From the NCBI RefSeq assembly GCF_022539665.2, contig NC_081333.1, positions 434,001-498,000 of the forward strand: a stretch of DNA of 64,000 nucleotides, in the 5' to 3' direction. This document shows, piece by piece, positions 1 through 13,500 of this stretch. Under the pieces are notes generated by a model, which worked only from the letters and a program-made list of their open reading frames with translations, was not told the DNA's origin and ran no database searches. This DNA comes from Daphnia carinata (taxonomy: Eukaryota). A program made the position numbers and the translations under genes. Position 1 is the stretch's first letter. Every line of letters begins with the position of its first letter.

Positions 1-827
1 GATATTGTCAAAACAAATAGTTTTTGTTTCTTTGCAATCATTTCCGGATTATGTATGTTGCGGAAGGGAGAAGAAAAAAAAAAAAAGGACCAGTTGTAAG
101 GACGGAAATTTAATGCGGAAGTGAAAGTGAATAAGGACAAAATTCAATGAAAACCAGATCCATAATTTATTACCTTGTTTTAATTGAAATGACCTCGTGT
201 ACTCAAAGAAAATTCTAATGTCGTGAAATACAAATAAACGATCATTGATTTAAGTGATTTCTCACGTTTTAAATTGTTTTGAAAAAAAAAACTCAAGCTA
301 AAAAAGTGAGAGTTTATAACTTTGGCAATTATGGACGTGTTTTCCTCCTTCAGTCGTAAGGATGAGTTAAAGGCACGGCGGATGCCTGTCCGCCTTATTT
401 TCACTAATGACTTGACGCATCGTCGCTAGTAGTGGACGAGGCCATGGTGTGCCCGTTGCCCAAGTCAAGACCTTTCACTTGCACTGCTGAGTATAGCAAT
501 TATGGTGAAATCAGTTGCTCTTCCTCCACCTTCAAAAATGAATAGCCATCACGAGAATGTGAAAAGCAAGTTTTATTTCACCAACTCCGTTTGAATGACA
601 GTGATTGAACGCTCGCTCCCATTGCTTGTAATCAATTATCTTATGCGTACATACGGCTGTGTTCTATTTCGCTTGAACGTTTTGTTTATCTTGCAATTGT
701 GAAAAGCTTTCGACCAACCTTCAACATGTCGTTTAAACTTTCAAGCGATGCTTCTGAAACGGCAGCTGAAAATGTATAGCGAATAGATCTTCATGATGTG
801 AACTCTTCCCATATACGAATGTGAGTA

Positions 828-1542
828 GGGGAGGGTGGGCGTGGTTGGAACACAAAACTTATTTTTGTTCCGTACGATTACAAAAATCGTCCAAGTAAAG
901 TAAAAAATATATAGATTTGTAGCCAGTTATCTCAGCTACATAACAGTATTTTTTTGGGTGGGTTCGGCAAAGTTTAATATGTGCTATGAGTAAAAAACCG
1001 GAGGTACCCCAAGTTGTTTCAATTGCCAATTCTACTCGGCAATTGAAACAGGGCGTCTGGGCAATTGAAACGTGGGTTTTACATAAGAGAGCTCCCGCGT
1101 TTTACGAAAAAACTAAAATGACGATATCTCAGAATCAGGGATACTCATTCATTGGAACAAGGTGTTCCAATTGCTCCGACCATGGGTCTTCTCGGAGTTT
1201 TAATTTTTATAGGTGATAAAGTTAAGCTAGAAAAAAATTAATGTGATCAACTTATAGCTTAATGAATGACGAATGATTGGAGACCTTTTTTAATGATTTT
1301 CTCCATCGTTTTCAGTGTGAAAACGAAAAAATTGTCTGCAAAAAAACAACAAATGGGCAGTCAAAAAACAATTTTCTGGGATAATTCGAAAACTTTTAAA
1401 TTCTAAAGCCTCAAATTTTTTCTAAAAATGTAGAACCCTAATTCCCGTTAGTTCAAATTTTTTAAACAAAATCTCTTACATACTTTAAGTGGTAGAATTT
1501 TTGTTTCAATTGCCGCGTGTTCCAATTGCGCCCACCCTCCCC
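828..1542. mobile_element. Non-autonomous TIR DNA transposon (MITE), TA target-site duplication, probably Tc1/mariner-pogo type
   Basis: Left end TA|GGGGAGGGTGGGCGtggTTGGAACAC (826-853). Right end GTGTTCCAAttgCGCCCACCCTCCCC|TA (1517-1544). Internal GGCAATTGAAAC motifs occur in both orientations (about 1016, 1038, 1060, 1503). No transposase ORF. Confidence 0.85.
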
Positions 1543-1911
1543 TATCCAGCCGAGTTTGAGGAACGTTGGACATTGATTCATCACACAGAAAAACAACGGA
1601 CCAAAAGAAAAACAAGGAAACGCGCCTATGCTATTTAGCATGCTTACACACCGTGAAAATCCCCTTGTTTAATATTCAAAAATATTCACGACTATCAACG
1701 GTTTTCTCTTGTTCCTGGATATTATGGAAAGGACGTGCTGTGGCTTGTGCCTAGGTCATCGTTAATCATTTCGACAATTTAGCAATCGAGACCAAGACCA
1801 CTAAAAGCTAGTTCGATAACCTTGCACGCTTGGTTTTGAATCCAAGGTGATTCCCCCCCGTGGCTTAGATTGAATGCTGCCGGATCTCATTGCTCGACCG
1901 GAATCAAATCG

Positions 1912-1917
1912 TATAAA
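1912..1917 (+). promoter_or_regulatory. TATA box of the secreted-protein gene at 1990
   Basis: TATAAA about 75 nt upstream of the ATG at 1990. Confidence 0.5.
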
Positions 1918-1989
1918 TACGTGCATACCCAGACAGCCAAAGTATTATTCACTCAACGTTTTGCAAAGCCACTGGAGCTACATACAAAC

Positions 1990-2648
1990 ATGTGCCGACT
2001 TACTTCAACAATGGTATACATCTAACAAACAAAACTATTGATCATTATGTTTTTGCAATTTGTTTCATTCTTTTTCCCAAGATTACCGGAGCCTTGGTGT
2101 TGGCAACGCTTTGGAAAGAAACCACTTCTTTCACCATCCATCGATTAAACGACGCCTCCCATCTTGACGATTCCCACGAAACGCTTTTCAACAGACAACA
2201 CACATCAGGTGCAGCTGTAGGGTTGGCCAGTCTAGACGGCCAACTCAATCACAGCTCAGAGGAGGACGTCCACAGCTCATCGGCGGAACATCGATTAACT
2301 AAACGCAGCACTGTTCGTCAGTTAACACCGGAAGAATGGCAACTCATCGTCCAGCACGATCGTTTCGATTCTTCGGAAGAAGTGGACAGGCTCTTCCTCC
2401 AGGAAAACATCCAAACCAACGCCGATTTCCAAAGATTCTTGGCCAATCGACAGTGGACCAGAGATGTCAGCGACGAGTTGCAGGGAAGCTGGGAAGTGGA
2501 AGACGTCGAGCTGTTAAAGAAACTCTTTGGAGATGCTTGGGAGCCGGTCAAGGATAGAAGGTTCGATCACACGTCAGTCGAAGATCTGATGGAAGTTTGG
2601 CTCCATCAGAATAATGCGCAACGATTGCCGCGGGATGAAAGGCTTTAA
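1990..2648 (+). CDS. Small secreted acidic protein with repeated S-x-E motifs (exons 1990-2013 and 2082-2648)
   Basis: Exon 1 encodes MCRLTSTM then gtatac. The acceptor ttcccaag|ATT is in frame and gives the signal-peptide-like MCRLTSTMITGALVLATLWKETTS. Motifs DSHE, HSSEE, HSSAE, DSSEE, DVSDE, HTSVED and a KR dibasic site follow. Confidence 0.75.
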
Positions 2649-5600
2649 GCTTCTATGTAGATGTAGTTTTGTTTTTTTTAAACATTTATCGACGTACCTG
2701 TTATATCCTATTTTGTAAAAATATGGTGTTGTGCTGTACATTCTCTTTATGCAAATACACAGATCTCCCGCGCCTTTCGATTCAAAATTTGACGTTCACG
2801 ATTGTCGAGTTATCTGATTTATTCAAGAATGGGGGGGGGGGGGGATTTTCTTTTTCAAATAAATCTTGGATCCGATCTTTCTTTCTGGGCCAACGAAAGT
2901 TTTCTTTTGCCAAATAAGAAAAGAAGATGTGCCATAAAGGCAACACTTTGCCAATGCTAACTAGGTTGTTTTCACAACCAATTTTCGATTTTGCATATGA
3001 AAATTATGCCATTAAAAAGCCGTTATTGCTTTATTTATGTTCATGATCGGTGTTAGAAGGCCCTAACATTGACGAACGTCTGCAACGAGAAAATGTTTTT
3101 ATAATATATTTCATTGGATTGGAATGCAAATGACGTTACGCGGCATGAAGTTGGCGAATGTTGAGAAAACAAAAGAGAAACACATATATTTCTTTCGGTA
3201 TAATCGTTACGGTACAGACATTAGCTTTTCATCTACTAGCGGAACGGAATCAACTTACTTTTTATGCTTCAGGGCTATCGGTCAAAAGATTTATATGGGC
3301 CACCAACTATTGTGTGATTTTCATTGGAATTTGTATATGTTTCGTTGCGCAACCTTAGACAATTGTAACTAGTCATGGTGTAGCTACGTTGAAATGAAAA
3401 CAAGACGGAAACAACGGACGTGTATGGAGGAAGGAGTGGCCAATGACGATCGAAATCTGAAAATTGTATTTTCAAATGATTCAGCTATTTCTTTTTGTAT
3501 GATATTCCCTTCGCTGAATTTCATTAATTAAAAAATAGTTGAGGCCGTATACATTTTCCAAGGTTAAATATTGAATTAAAATGGATGGAATCAAATCGTG
3601 CCAGAATCTTCCTTTAAATCATGCATCGAACTGTACCTCTAAATAGCTGCAATCCGAATAGACCTATCCCATAAGTTTTAATTCGATTTGCATACGAAAT
3701 GTGACGTAACAACGTAACAAAGTTGCCGAAAGAACTACAGGAAATCAAGTGGCTTTCGCTTTCGTTTTCAACCACAAGTTCCAGACATCAGAAACAGATG
3801 GCCGATGCTTTCGTACTTTCTCTGGAAGTGGGCGACAATAACAACCTAAACGTCAAACATGTCTCACGATCAATCAGCTGAAATTTACCTGAACGTGTCA
3901 TACATTTAAAAAAAATTCGAGTGAAAGTGAGTGTGAAATAGAAGAATATGTTTATGGGTTTTTGAATCCATTATATCCTGCGTGAGTAGTCCATCACTTG
4001 CCTCGTTTGCATTCTAAATTGCATTAGAATTTGGCCGCATCAAACGGGACTGCTTGGTATTTGATTGAACTCAATTGAATCAAATTTGAAAAACAAAAAT
4101 TTTGACGTTGGTGGCCTTGAATGCCTCGCGGCCATGCATCCAAAAATACGCGTGAAATAAAACGTGAGCCGATCGTTTGCGTCCTCGGCCGTTTTCCTCC
4201 CCGTTAAAAACCGTTCGTGATGTCGATAATAGGGACGTCCATTAAACGTCCCGTTGGAAGCTTCGATTAATATACGAACTTCACGAAACAGATGTAATCT
4301 CATTCCAAAAAGGATTTTTCGTCAACAACGTACAGTATCTAAACGGCCATCACAATCAGCCTGCCAAACTCAAATACCATAAAAACGATGATTAGTAAGA
4401 TAGGGGCCGACATTGTAGCCTAAACAAGTTGGACACCGTGACCAGCGATAAGAACAACAACAGCCACAGTAAGTTTCGTGCATTTGGACAAGTTACTTAT
4501 ATCCGTCGATCAACTTACCTGTATGAATGGCAGCAAGTTGTCAGATGGACAACGCCCATTGCGCCACGTCTTGCATAATAAAATCGTACCTATATATTTT
4601 TGGCAAATGATCCGTGTCCTTTTTTATTCGTAAAAAAATTCGGCGTTATTGACTTTTCCTTGCCACTCCCAATACCTGAAATCTGCCAGAGGGTCTCAGT
4701 CCCGACCTTGTTCGTAAATTTTCTTTTCACGCCTTTTGTTTTTCAAACGGCGGCATTGAGGAAATAGTTAAAACACATTTATCGAGCATATTTTGCGCAT
4801 CTTTTCGGCCGTGCTCCACTAACCCAGAAAAAATGTGCACGTGTTTATACAGCCTATAGGTGCGCTTCTACATGCTCACCTTTGACTCTATATACAAATC
4901 TCATTTATGTAGACTTGGATGGTTATTTGGCCAAAACGAAAGCTTTGCAGTTTCTATCCGATATTGTTTAGGTCACGGTGTTCCAGTTTCCCTTTCACTT
5001 TGTCTTGCCGCATTGGAAGCCAAACTTGTCCTCATTTCCACCGAAAAAAAAAAAATTCAAAACAAAACACGCATGTTTAAAAAGGTTTTAGGCTATGCAT
5101 TATCGTTTTTTTTTTGAGGACGAAAAGAGTTGACCACTTGTACCAATAACATGTCGGATATCCTTAAAGGTGGGAAAAAATGTCTGTAAGCCAAAGGCAA
5201 GTCTGTCGTAAGGATGTACTGACTTACATTCCAGACAGCAAAAACACGTGTAATTTTGTATTCCTCAACAAGGGCGAGGTTCTGATTTCATATTTCACCC
5301 GCTTTCGAAGACCAGGTGATTTCCTTTTCGCTACACCTTTTGGAGAGCACACTGAAATGATATGCAGGCCAGGGATTTTTTTTAATGGTAATTAGAACAC
5401 TCGACTATTGTAATTGGGTTTATCCATTAACTCACGAGTTTAGCATGAAATCATTGGCGGGGGCAAGTGTCAAGTGGGTCGATCAAACAATTATCGAAGA
5501 ACAGGTAGCGTTCGAAAACGTACCTGACTTTCTTATGTCTCGTCATGTTTGATACCGAACGGTGTCAAGTTCGTCCACGACTATGTATGGAGAAAAAAAA

Positions 5601-5933
5601 AATAAGGTCTAACGTAACTCGTTTGCTCTTTTTAATGTCTTTATGGCGACTTCTTCGTTACGGAATCCTTTAAAACCTGTCGTAAAGTAAAAGAAAAAAA
5701 AAAAAGATTTCGAATTGGATGGCCAAGTCATTGTTCTGTTAAAGTTGTTGTGTGGAGTAAAAGCAAACCGACGTGGCAAATAGCCTTGCAGTAGCCCAAG
5801 GTCTTTTTTGATTTATTTGATTTCTCGGCATGGTAGTGTGTTCCAGCGAATCGCATATATAGGTGGTCCACCTGCGGACACTAGCGTTATTCTTCCAGTT
5901 TTTGCTAGAGTGACAACTACTAACACAGTCATC

Positions 5934-8344
5934 ATGCGTCTTTTCAGCAGCATAATAATGGTATGCAAATCAAATGTAAATGCCAACACTCTCATCATTT
6001 TTGCACATTTTTTCCAAAACAGTGTCTTGTCGGAGTGATGCTTTTCGCGCCCAGTTACACCGATGCCAATGCATTCGCAGCCCGAAGAAACGGTGCAAAA
6101 ACAGAAGTTGAAAGCACTTCGTCTGCGGCCGTGCCAGAAGAAGCACCGGCTGTTAATCCTAGCCAAACGACGTCGAGGGGTAAGATCAAGTTCCACATGA
6201 AGACGTTAGCCAATGTTGCAGAAGTTGCAGTTCGAAGACCACGAATTAATCGCGTACGATCGACCACCGTTCGCCCTAACATCGTGTTCAGAGATTCACT
6301 TGAACAGGACGTTTCCCTGGAAGATCTGAACATCAAACCGATCAAAACGATCATGAGGACATCTACCACCCCGAGACCCATTTTTGCAGATTCTCTGGAA
6401 AACGATGACATTGCCATTGTTTTGACAAAGCCGGTGGTCAATCGCAATCCAGTTGCTGCTACTCGATTTAATCGTTTCCGAACGACAACTGTCCCGACCT
6501 CCGTTACGAGAGATTCATTGGAACAAGATGATGACGCAATTGTTTTGGCACTGAAACCAGCTGAACAAACAAGTTTGCCGGTCCGAGGTCGTTTTAATCG
6601 CATCAACTCGGCTTCTAGAGTTTCTGTTGAGAAGAACGATGTATCTTTGGAAGATTTGATTGTCGTAGCCAAACCTGTGTTAAATGGAGCTCTGTCGGCA
6701 TCGAGAACCAGAGGCAGGATCCAAATGAAGAGCTCACTTGATTCAATTTCACCTAGCACTAGCACTGAAGCTCCAACAACTCCAGTAGATGTTACCGAGA
6801 AAATCGACATTTCATTGGATGATTTGGAGAAGACGACGTTCGATATCCCAACAACAACGATGGTAGTTACAGAAGTTGAAACAGCTACCACTGACGAAAC
6901 TGGAACTACACCGATGCCAACAATCCCAATTTCACTGCAGTCTGATGAACAAGACGATGTGTTGTTCATTACAGATAGAACGACAGTACCACCTGAACCA
7001 ACCAACGATGCGATCGAAACAACGGCCACTGTTGTTCAATTAACCACTCAATCTGATGAGCAAATGGATTTCGAACGAGTAGAAAAACTGGCTGTAACAC
7101 AGGACGTGACACAGTTGGATGATCAACTCAGCAATGCAGCCATGACGACCTTAGTTTCCCAGCAATCTGACGAGCGAGATGACTGGACCGTTTCTGTGCC
7201 AACGACCACAATGGCCCCAGCTGTAACTCGGTCTCCTCTGGTCTCAAAAGGACGAGGTCGATTGCAATCAGCCACACCCGTCAATCAATCACCCAAGAAT
7301 CGAGTTAACCGTATACGATTGAATCCAGTCAAGAGTTCCATTTCCACAGATGACCAGCAAATTGGAGTGGTTGCAGAAACCCAAACGGCACCCCGTGCTC
7401 CGGTTTCTCGTAACCGATTCAGCCGAATCAGATCGACAACTGCCCGTACTCTGGTTTTGAGAGATTCCGTTGAACAAAACGACGTGTCCCTGGAAGATCT
7501 TGTTGTTGTTGTACCAACGACTCGCAGGCCACTCATGGGAAGTCGTTTCAGCCGATTCAGGACAACGACAGCCACTCCGGTTGCCGTAACGGTTGGTCAG
7601 GAAGCCCCCACACCAAAAAGCGAAGTATCTATGAACAGGAATCGATTTAGCCGTGTGAGATCGACAACAGCTCGAGTTCCAGTATCCTTGGATTCTATTG
7701 AAGACGACATCATTTTATTAACTAATGATTTTAGCAAAATGAAGGCTGGTCAAGTTGCATCGCAACAAACAACGTTGAACAGAGCAAAGGTGATGTCAAC
7801 GAGCAATCTGGCAATCAACAGAGGTCGAGTTAATCGTAGAAGAACGACAACAACTGCCACACCAATTTTGAGACACTCTGCAGAGGACGTGTCATTGGAA
7901 GATGTTCTGAAGGAAGTCGGAAAGACTGGTGAACAACTGCCGGTCCAGCAGCCGGCCATCAGTATCGTCCCTGTCGATCTGGCTGTTACTTTGAGCGAAA
8001 TTTCTAGACACTCGGACGAACGCGATGACATTGTAGATGTTGCAGTTGGGCCGATGGAAGCCATCGCGTTGGTCGTTGAAGATACTGATGCAGATGTCAG
8101 CGATGAAATCATAAGAACGACAACGCTAGATCCAGTTTCCAGCGAGTCTGGAGAAAAGGACGGCTTGACTTTAGTTTTGGTCGATGAAACCGATGTTCCA
8201 GCTGTACCGGTAGGATCTTTGCAGATGGTTAACTTGCCCGAGATAAACGACGAAACCTTGCTCGTCAAGGAGTCTGAGGAACTGCCGTTAAGGCAGATGA
8301 CGAAGCGAGTCAGGATGATTAGAAAGCAAAAATCTCAGATGTAG
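5934..8344 (+). CDS. Large secreted low-complexity (mucin-like, Thr/Val/Arg-rich) protein with repeated DSLE/DVSLED/SDE motifs (exons 5934-5960 and 6023-8344)
   Basis: Exon 1 encodes MRLFSSIIM then gtatgc. The acceptor aaaacag|TGT gives the signal peptide MRLFSSIIMCLVGVMLFAPSYTDA. The open frame runs 2.3 kb. TATATA at 5856. Confidence 0.8.
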
Positions 8345-8774
8345 TAATCTGGAATTTGAACTATAACCGTGTTTCTGTACATGTCTATGGCCTCGTCCTA
8401 TTGTATACTATGATTCCCCATTATGCGTTTTGTTTAAGCAGAACATGTTTTTCAGTTTTTTTGTATGTGAGATGTCTTGTCACTATTACAAGTACTGCAG
8501 CCAAGTTACTCGCTCTTGTCTTTAAACGCGTTTTAGGGGCATTTCAATCGACGATGGGAAAGTTTTGATCATTTCAACCACTTTCGCTTGCTCCAAATGG
8601 CAAGTCAAACGTATTACCAGAAACCTTTAATCAACCATCGATATGACATTCTCCATCTTCGCCGCCCTTGATATCTGTGTCGGTGAAGGGGCGGATAAAC
8701 TGAAGAGATTTGCACCACTTGGAAATTTGATGAACTTAAAACAAACATATCAAGCAGTTTTTGCATAAAAATAA

Positions 8775-9590
8775 AAAACTTACGATTTCCACCGCCAGGT
8801 GAATTCACGGGAAGTGATGGAGCTTAACGGTTGTATCAAACGTTGGTTGTGGTGGTGAATACTGTATTTTATTTCGCTTTCTCTTTGAACGATTTGGTTT
8901 AATTTTAATAATTCCTGAGATGTTGCTTAACACTAATCCCTTGGGTAGTCTTAGAATCCAGTTAGGAAACAGTTAGCTCATCCCCGTTAAACGGCTCTTA
9001 CCATCGACTTACCATTGCATATTTTTGGTAATAGCCGGTTGGGTATGAATGATACTAGTGTGCACTGAGACAGTGTTTAACGTTTTTACTTTTTTATTAC
9101 CATGTAGACTTCGGTTAATATCGCATGTACGTTATCAGTCCCATCATCCTCCTGCAATGAACATTTGGGATTAGTACCGAAACCGTAATACCATCTAGAG
9201 AGTTTCTGAATTCCTGTCAAGCCCATCTCTGGCTGTTGTAACTCACTGTGTCCTTCATCGGAGTTAATGGTTCTCATTAGTTTTCTAGGTAATGAAATTA
9301 GTCATGAAGGTTTGTAACTACAATTTTATCTTATGCAAGTGCATCAGTTCTGTATACAAATACTAGTTATTAGGTACCAAATTTTTTATTAATTTTTCTC
9401 AGCAGCTGCTCATCAAATTTTTCTATTGAGACCATTTGCCAAAATGTGGATTAATTTTGCTATTGACGTCAGCCCTGCAACCATCTTTTTATGGGTGCAA
9501 AGGATATCTAATGTGGATTCTACCATTGGCCACTTAACCTTGGCCATTGATCAGGTGACTGGCCTTGGCTACGTGGATCTTAGGTCACAT
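8775..9590. repeat. Copy 1 of a diverged direct-repeat cassette (copy 2 at 15943-18035)
   Basis: Shared blocks: AAAACTTACGATTTCCACCGCCAGGTGAATTCACGG (about 8776/15943); TTTCGCTTTCTCTTT...TTAGGAAACAGTT (about 8872/16066); CTCAG.AGCTGCTC.TCAAATT (about 9397/17807); GATCAGGTGACTGG.CTTGGCTACGTGG (about 9549/17992). Confidence 0.85.
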
Positions 9591-10572
9591 AGTGGGAGTT
9601 CCACCTGGTGATGGTGGTCTTATACATTGAACTTTGGACGTTTGACACTGCACTTTGGACCGTGGACGTCTGTGCCGGCTAAAGCGTATATTCTTGCGTG
9701 GATCAACAAGGGCGTGAATGTAAACAGTTTTACGGTTTTAGTACTAACATAAATGTTTATCTTTCAGGTGTATGCATGTGTATCTTGCAGTGATAGATGA
9801 TGTCAAATCAGAATTTTAATTCATGCAGGGAAGGTTCTTTGGCGGCCGTTTGGGTCAAACAGAAAAACATGATTGTGTTACAGAATCAGGTACGTTAATG
9901 ATATTGTGAAAAGAAGATGGAAAAACTGATTGGCAATAGCACCCAACCCGTCGTACACGTTAGAAATCTTGGCAACTTTTACACGATCAACCGCCTTGAA
10001 CTGTTGTCACTTTTTCGGTGTTTCCTGAAAGATTTGCCCAAATTGTTAAACGGCAAGTCGGACGCTGCTCTAAGTACCAACGTGTTGCATCCTTTGTCAA
10101 GGTGCCCATTTAGTATATACTTGATGGCGTTTCAAAGTAAGTCTAATTTCTTCACAACAAAATGTATTCTATTTCCGAAAACGGTTGAAAAACTTTTTTT
10201 TGTTCTCTGTTTTCAGGTAAACTTTTCGGTAAATATAATTATGATTAACGTTAGTAAGGCGCGTTTTGTGGAAGAATGAGTAAACTACGCAGAGAAGCTG
10301 AATTGGAAAATGTTTTATCCGTAAATGCGACGAACTAAGGGACAAACAGCCAATAAGAAAGGCGTTACACTATCTTTGTTTATCACCCATTCTTACGTAG
10401 GCGATTTATGTAGGGATTTCGTGATGAAATTCACACGGACATTCTGATAAGGAAACGATACGACTCGTTTGTTCTTTTCTTTCCCTTAAAAGCTTATCCT
10501 CTGGAGAAAAGTAGAAGTGTTTCTCTTACCGTTCTTACTTAAAAAACGCAAAAACTTTCTTTTCTGTTGAAC

Positions 10573-13500
10573 ATGACAAACAGGTGTGGTGCTGATTCCC
10601 CTTGTTTCGATGTTATTCAGCTCAGTTCACAATCTGACGGGAACAACGGAAACATTTTCTTTAGTGAACACCTTGGTGAAACATTCGCTATCAAGAAATT
10701 TGCGCTCAACTGCAATGACGTCAGCACAGGGGAGCAACATTGGGAAAAGTTAATTAAATTGCGTTATGACCATCTTGTCCAATATCACCAAAATGACATC
10801 CATCAAGACACCAGGTAACGATCTTTGTCCGTAATGTGTTAAATCGTTGTAGCTTGTTAAGAAACGACTTGGGATCTTTAAATCTAATGGCTTTTTGTAG
10901 GTACTTGGTCATGGAGTTGTGTCAGGGATCAATGCTGGACTATTGCCGTGGAAACCTGGATGAAAATGTAACATCGCTTATCAAAGGCATCGATATAATG
11001 TGGCAAATAACCTGTGGCGTAGAATTCTTGCATCGCTACCAAATTGATTGCGGAGATTTAAAGTTGGAAAATGTTTTATTTTGGAAAAGAAATCCAAAAT
11101 CCAAACGAATTATCGTTAAAATCAGTGGTTACGGGTACAAGGATTGCCCATCTCAGGTATGTAGACTTTATCAACATTCCAGCCAAAGTAGTTTTCATGT
11201 CTTTTTTCGCATTAAATTCATTTTTGATTGAAGGATAACATGAAAACCCGGCTTGGTAGTTTGTACTATGCAGCTGCCACGAAGGAAGAAACCGTTCCAA
11301 ATGAGCCTATTACGTTTGAAAGTTTAACTGAAATTGATGTTGAACATAGGGCACTCGCATTAGATTTGATTACATTTCCAACTAAGGCTGAATTGAGGGA
11401 TTTGGATGTGGCTACGTTACTGCGTCATCCAGTTTTCATTCTTTTGATTGATGAAGGTCGATCGAGGCTAATCACGGAGCTGCAAAAGAATAATGAAATG
11501 CGTCGAATATGCAAGAATAAAGACGAACTGGAAAAATGGGAACGCTCTTTGGACAAGAGCAAGATCCCCCATGAAGAATTTGATGATTTAAAAGATATTG
11601 TAATCATTCGTGATTGTAAAAGGTCAAAGGAACCGTACCAAACTATGGTCTTGTTCATTTTCAGATGCTTTCGGATAACAGTGACATCACCAAACTGGTT
11701 GGTGAGGCTTTCAAAGTTACACCAATGTTATTTTCAAAATACATCTGGCACATCGCCATTAGTTTCAGAGTAAAAAAGGACCAAAATCAGGTAAGAAGAA
11801 ATTGGCCATCCGATTTTAGTGCCGAGTTTTTCAACCATTTCAGTTTCAGAATCATTCCATTGAGATACAAGAATTCTTGGGGAAAGGACAGTACGCTAAA
11901 GTTTCAAAATGTAATTACACTGACGGTAATGGAAACACGTATCCGGCAGCATGTAAAAAATGCAGTCCTAAGCCTGACGCTATTGATGTGTTCAATCGAG
12001 AAGTCCAAACCCTTCGCCAACTGAATCATCTGTTCGTCATAAAATACCTGGATTTGGTAGAAAAACAATCCAAGAAGTATACTAGATATTAATTGCCTGT
12101 TGGTGTGATAGTTTTAACCCTTTATACTTTGCGGGACAGGTTTATCGTCATGGAGTTGTGCGAAGGGTCTTTAAAGGATTACGTTGAAGGAAAGCTGGAA
12201 CGAATACCTAAACATTCGTTGGAAGATAAAATCCTTATAAGTCAGGTGGCTCTTGGTATTGCTTACATTCATAGCAAAGATATCATTCACAAAGATTTGA
12301 AACTTGCCAATATCTTGCTCTGGTGTCACCCATCAAATTCCAGTTTGGTTTTGTCCAAAATTGCTGATTTTGGATTCGCTAAAGGGCTGAAGCCGGATCA
12401 ATCACAGTTTAGTGACACTACCCATCCTGGAACGGAAAAATACATGGCACCTGAGCTGCTCAACGCACAAGGCTCTGGATGTCCGGCATCTTTTGCTAGC
12501 GACGTTTATGCTTTTGGAATAATCATTGCACGGATAGTTAAGAAAGGTGATCATCCATTCGGTTCATGGTCCGTATGGCGAAAAGCGTCTATGGAGCACG
12601 GACTTCTTCCGCAGAATCTTCAAGACCTTAGCTGGGATTTAAAAGATTTGATTCTCAGATTAATAGACAACGATCCGGTCAAACGTCCTAAGATGGCCCT
12701 AGTATTGCGCCATCCTTATTTCGTCTTGACGAACGACAGGACCAAGAGATATTTTGTTCATCAGCTGTGGGCTGATACTGGTTTGCTTTCGCAAAGTGAA
12801 AAAATTAAGGTGCTTAAGAAAATATTCAGCAGTCAGAATTTGGAGGAATGGCACCGTGTTCTCTCTGATGAGAAGCAGTACACCACTGAAGAGATGGAAA
12901 CAATGGGCAACACCCTTCAATTCTTCAGAAAAGTAAGTGTATGATTTGTTCCTTGCGTATATCCACATCATAATTGAATCAGTTTTAATGTTTCAGCTGA
13001 AACCGGACGTTCAAACAGAAACTGTTTATCCTGAGAAAGAATACACGCAAGACATCAAAGAAGTTATTACATCCGAGTACGATGCCATTGTTAGAAGCCA
13101 AATTGATCAGGTTTACTTCATTTGCTTTGTAACTAAACGTTCTTCGGTCAGTGTTTTACGTTTCCCGCACATCCTCCAGGTAAACTCAATTCACGGTATT
13201 TCCCGCTACAGTTTGGTGAAACTGATTCAGCGCTCACCAAAACTTCTTGTGCCGTATTTATGGTCACATTTGCACGACATCATTAGCCTTACTAAACCGT
13301 CGGGGTCATCAGCAAATGAGGAGCAGAATAATCAAAGGAAGGTGAGCACAGCTGGCCGTACGCGACGTCTGTCTAGCAAAACGGAACCTGTTGCGCGAAG
13401 GAATCGCCCGGTTTGTTTGCCTTTACTATTTATTTATTTATTTTTCAAGTTTATAATTTTTTTAATTGCTGGTTATTGTTTCATTAACTATAACTATATA

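Noticed and set aside
6055..8268. Long - strand ORFs (324, 96 and 172 aa)
   Set aside because: Antisense shadows of the low-complexity + strand gene, which has the signal peptide and splice signals.
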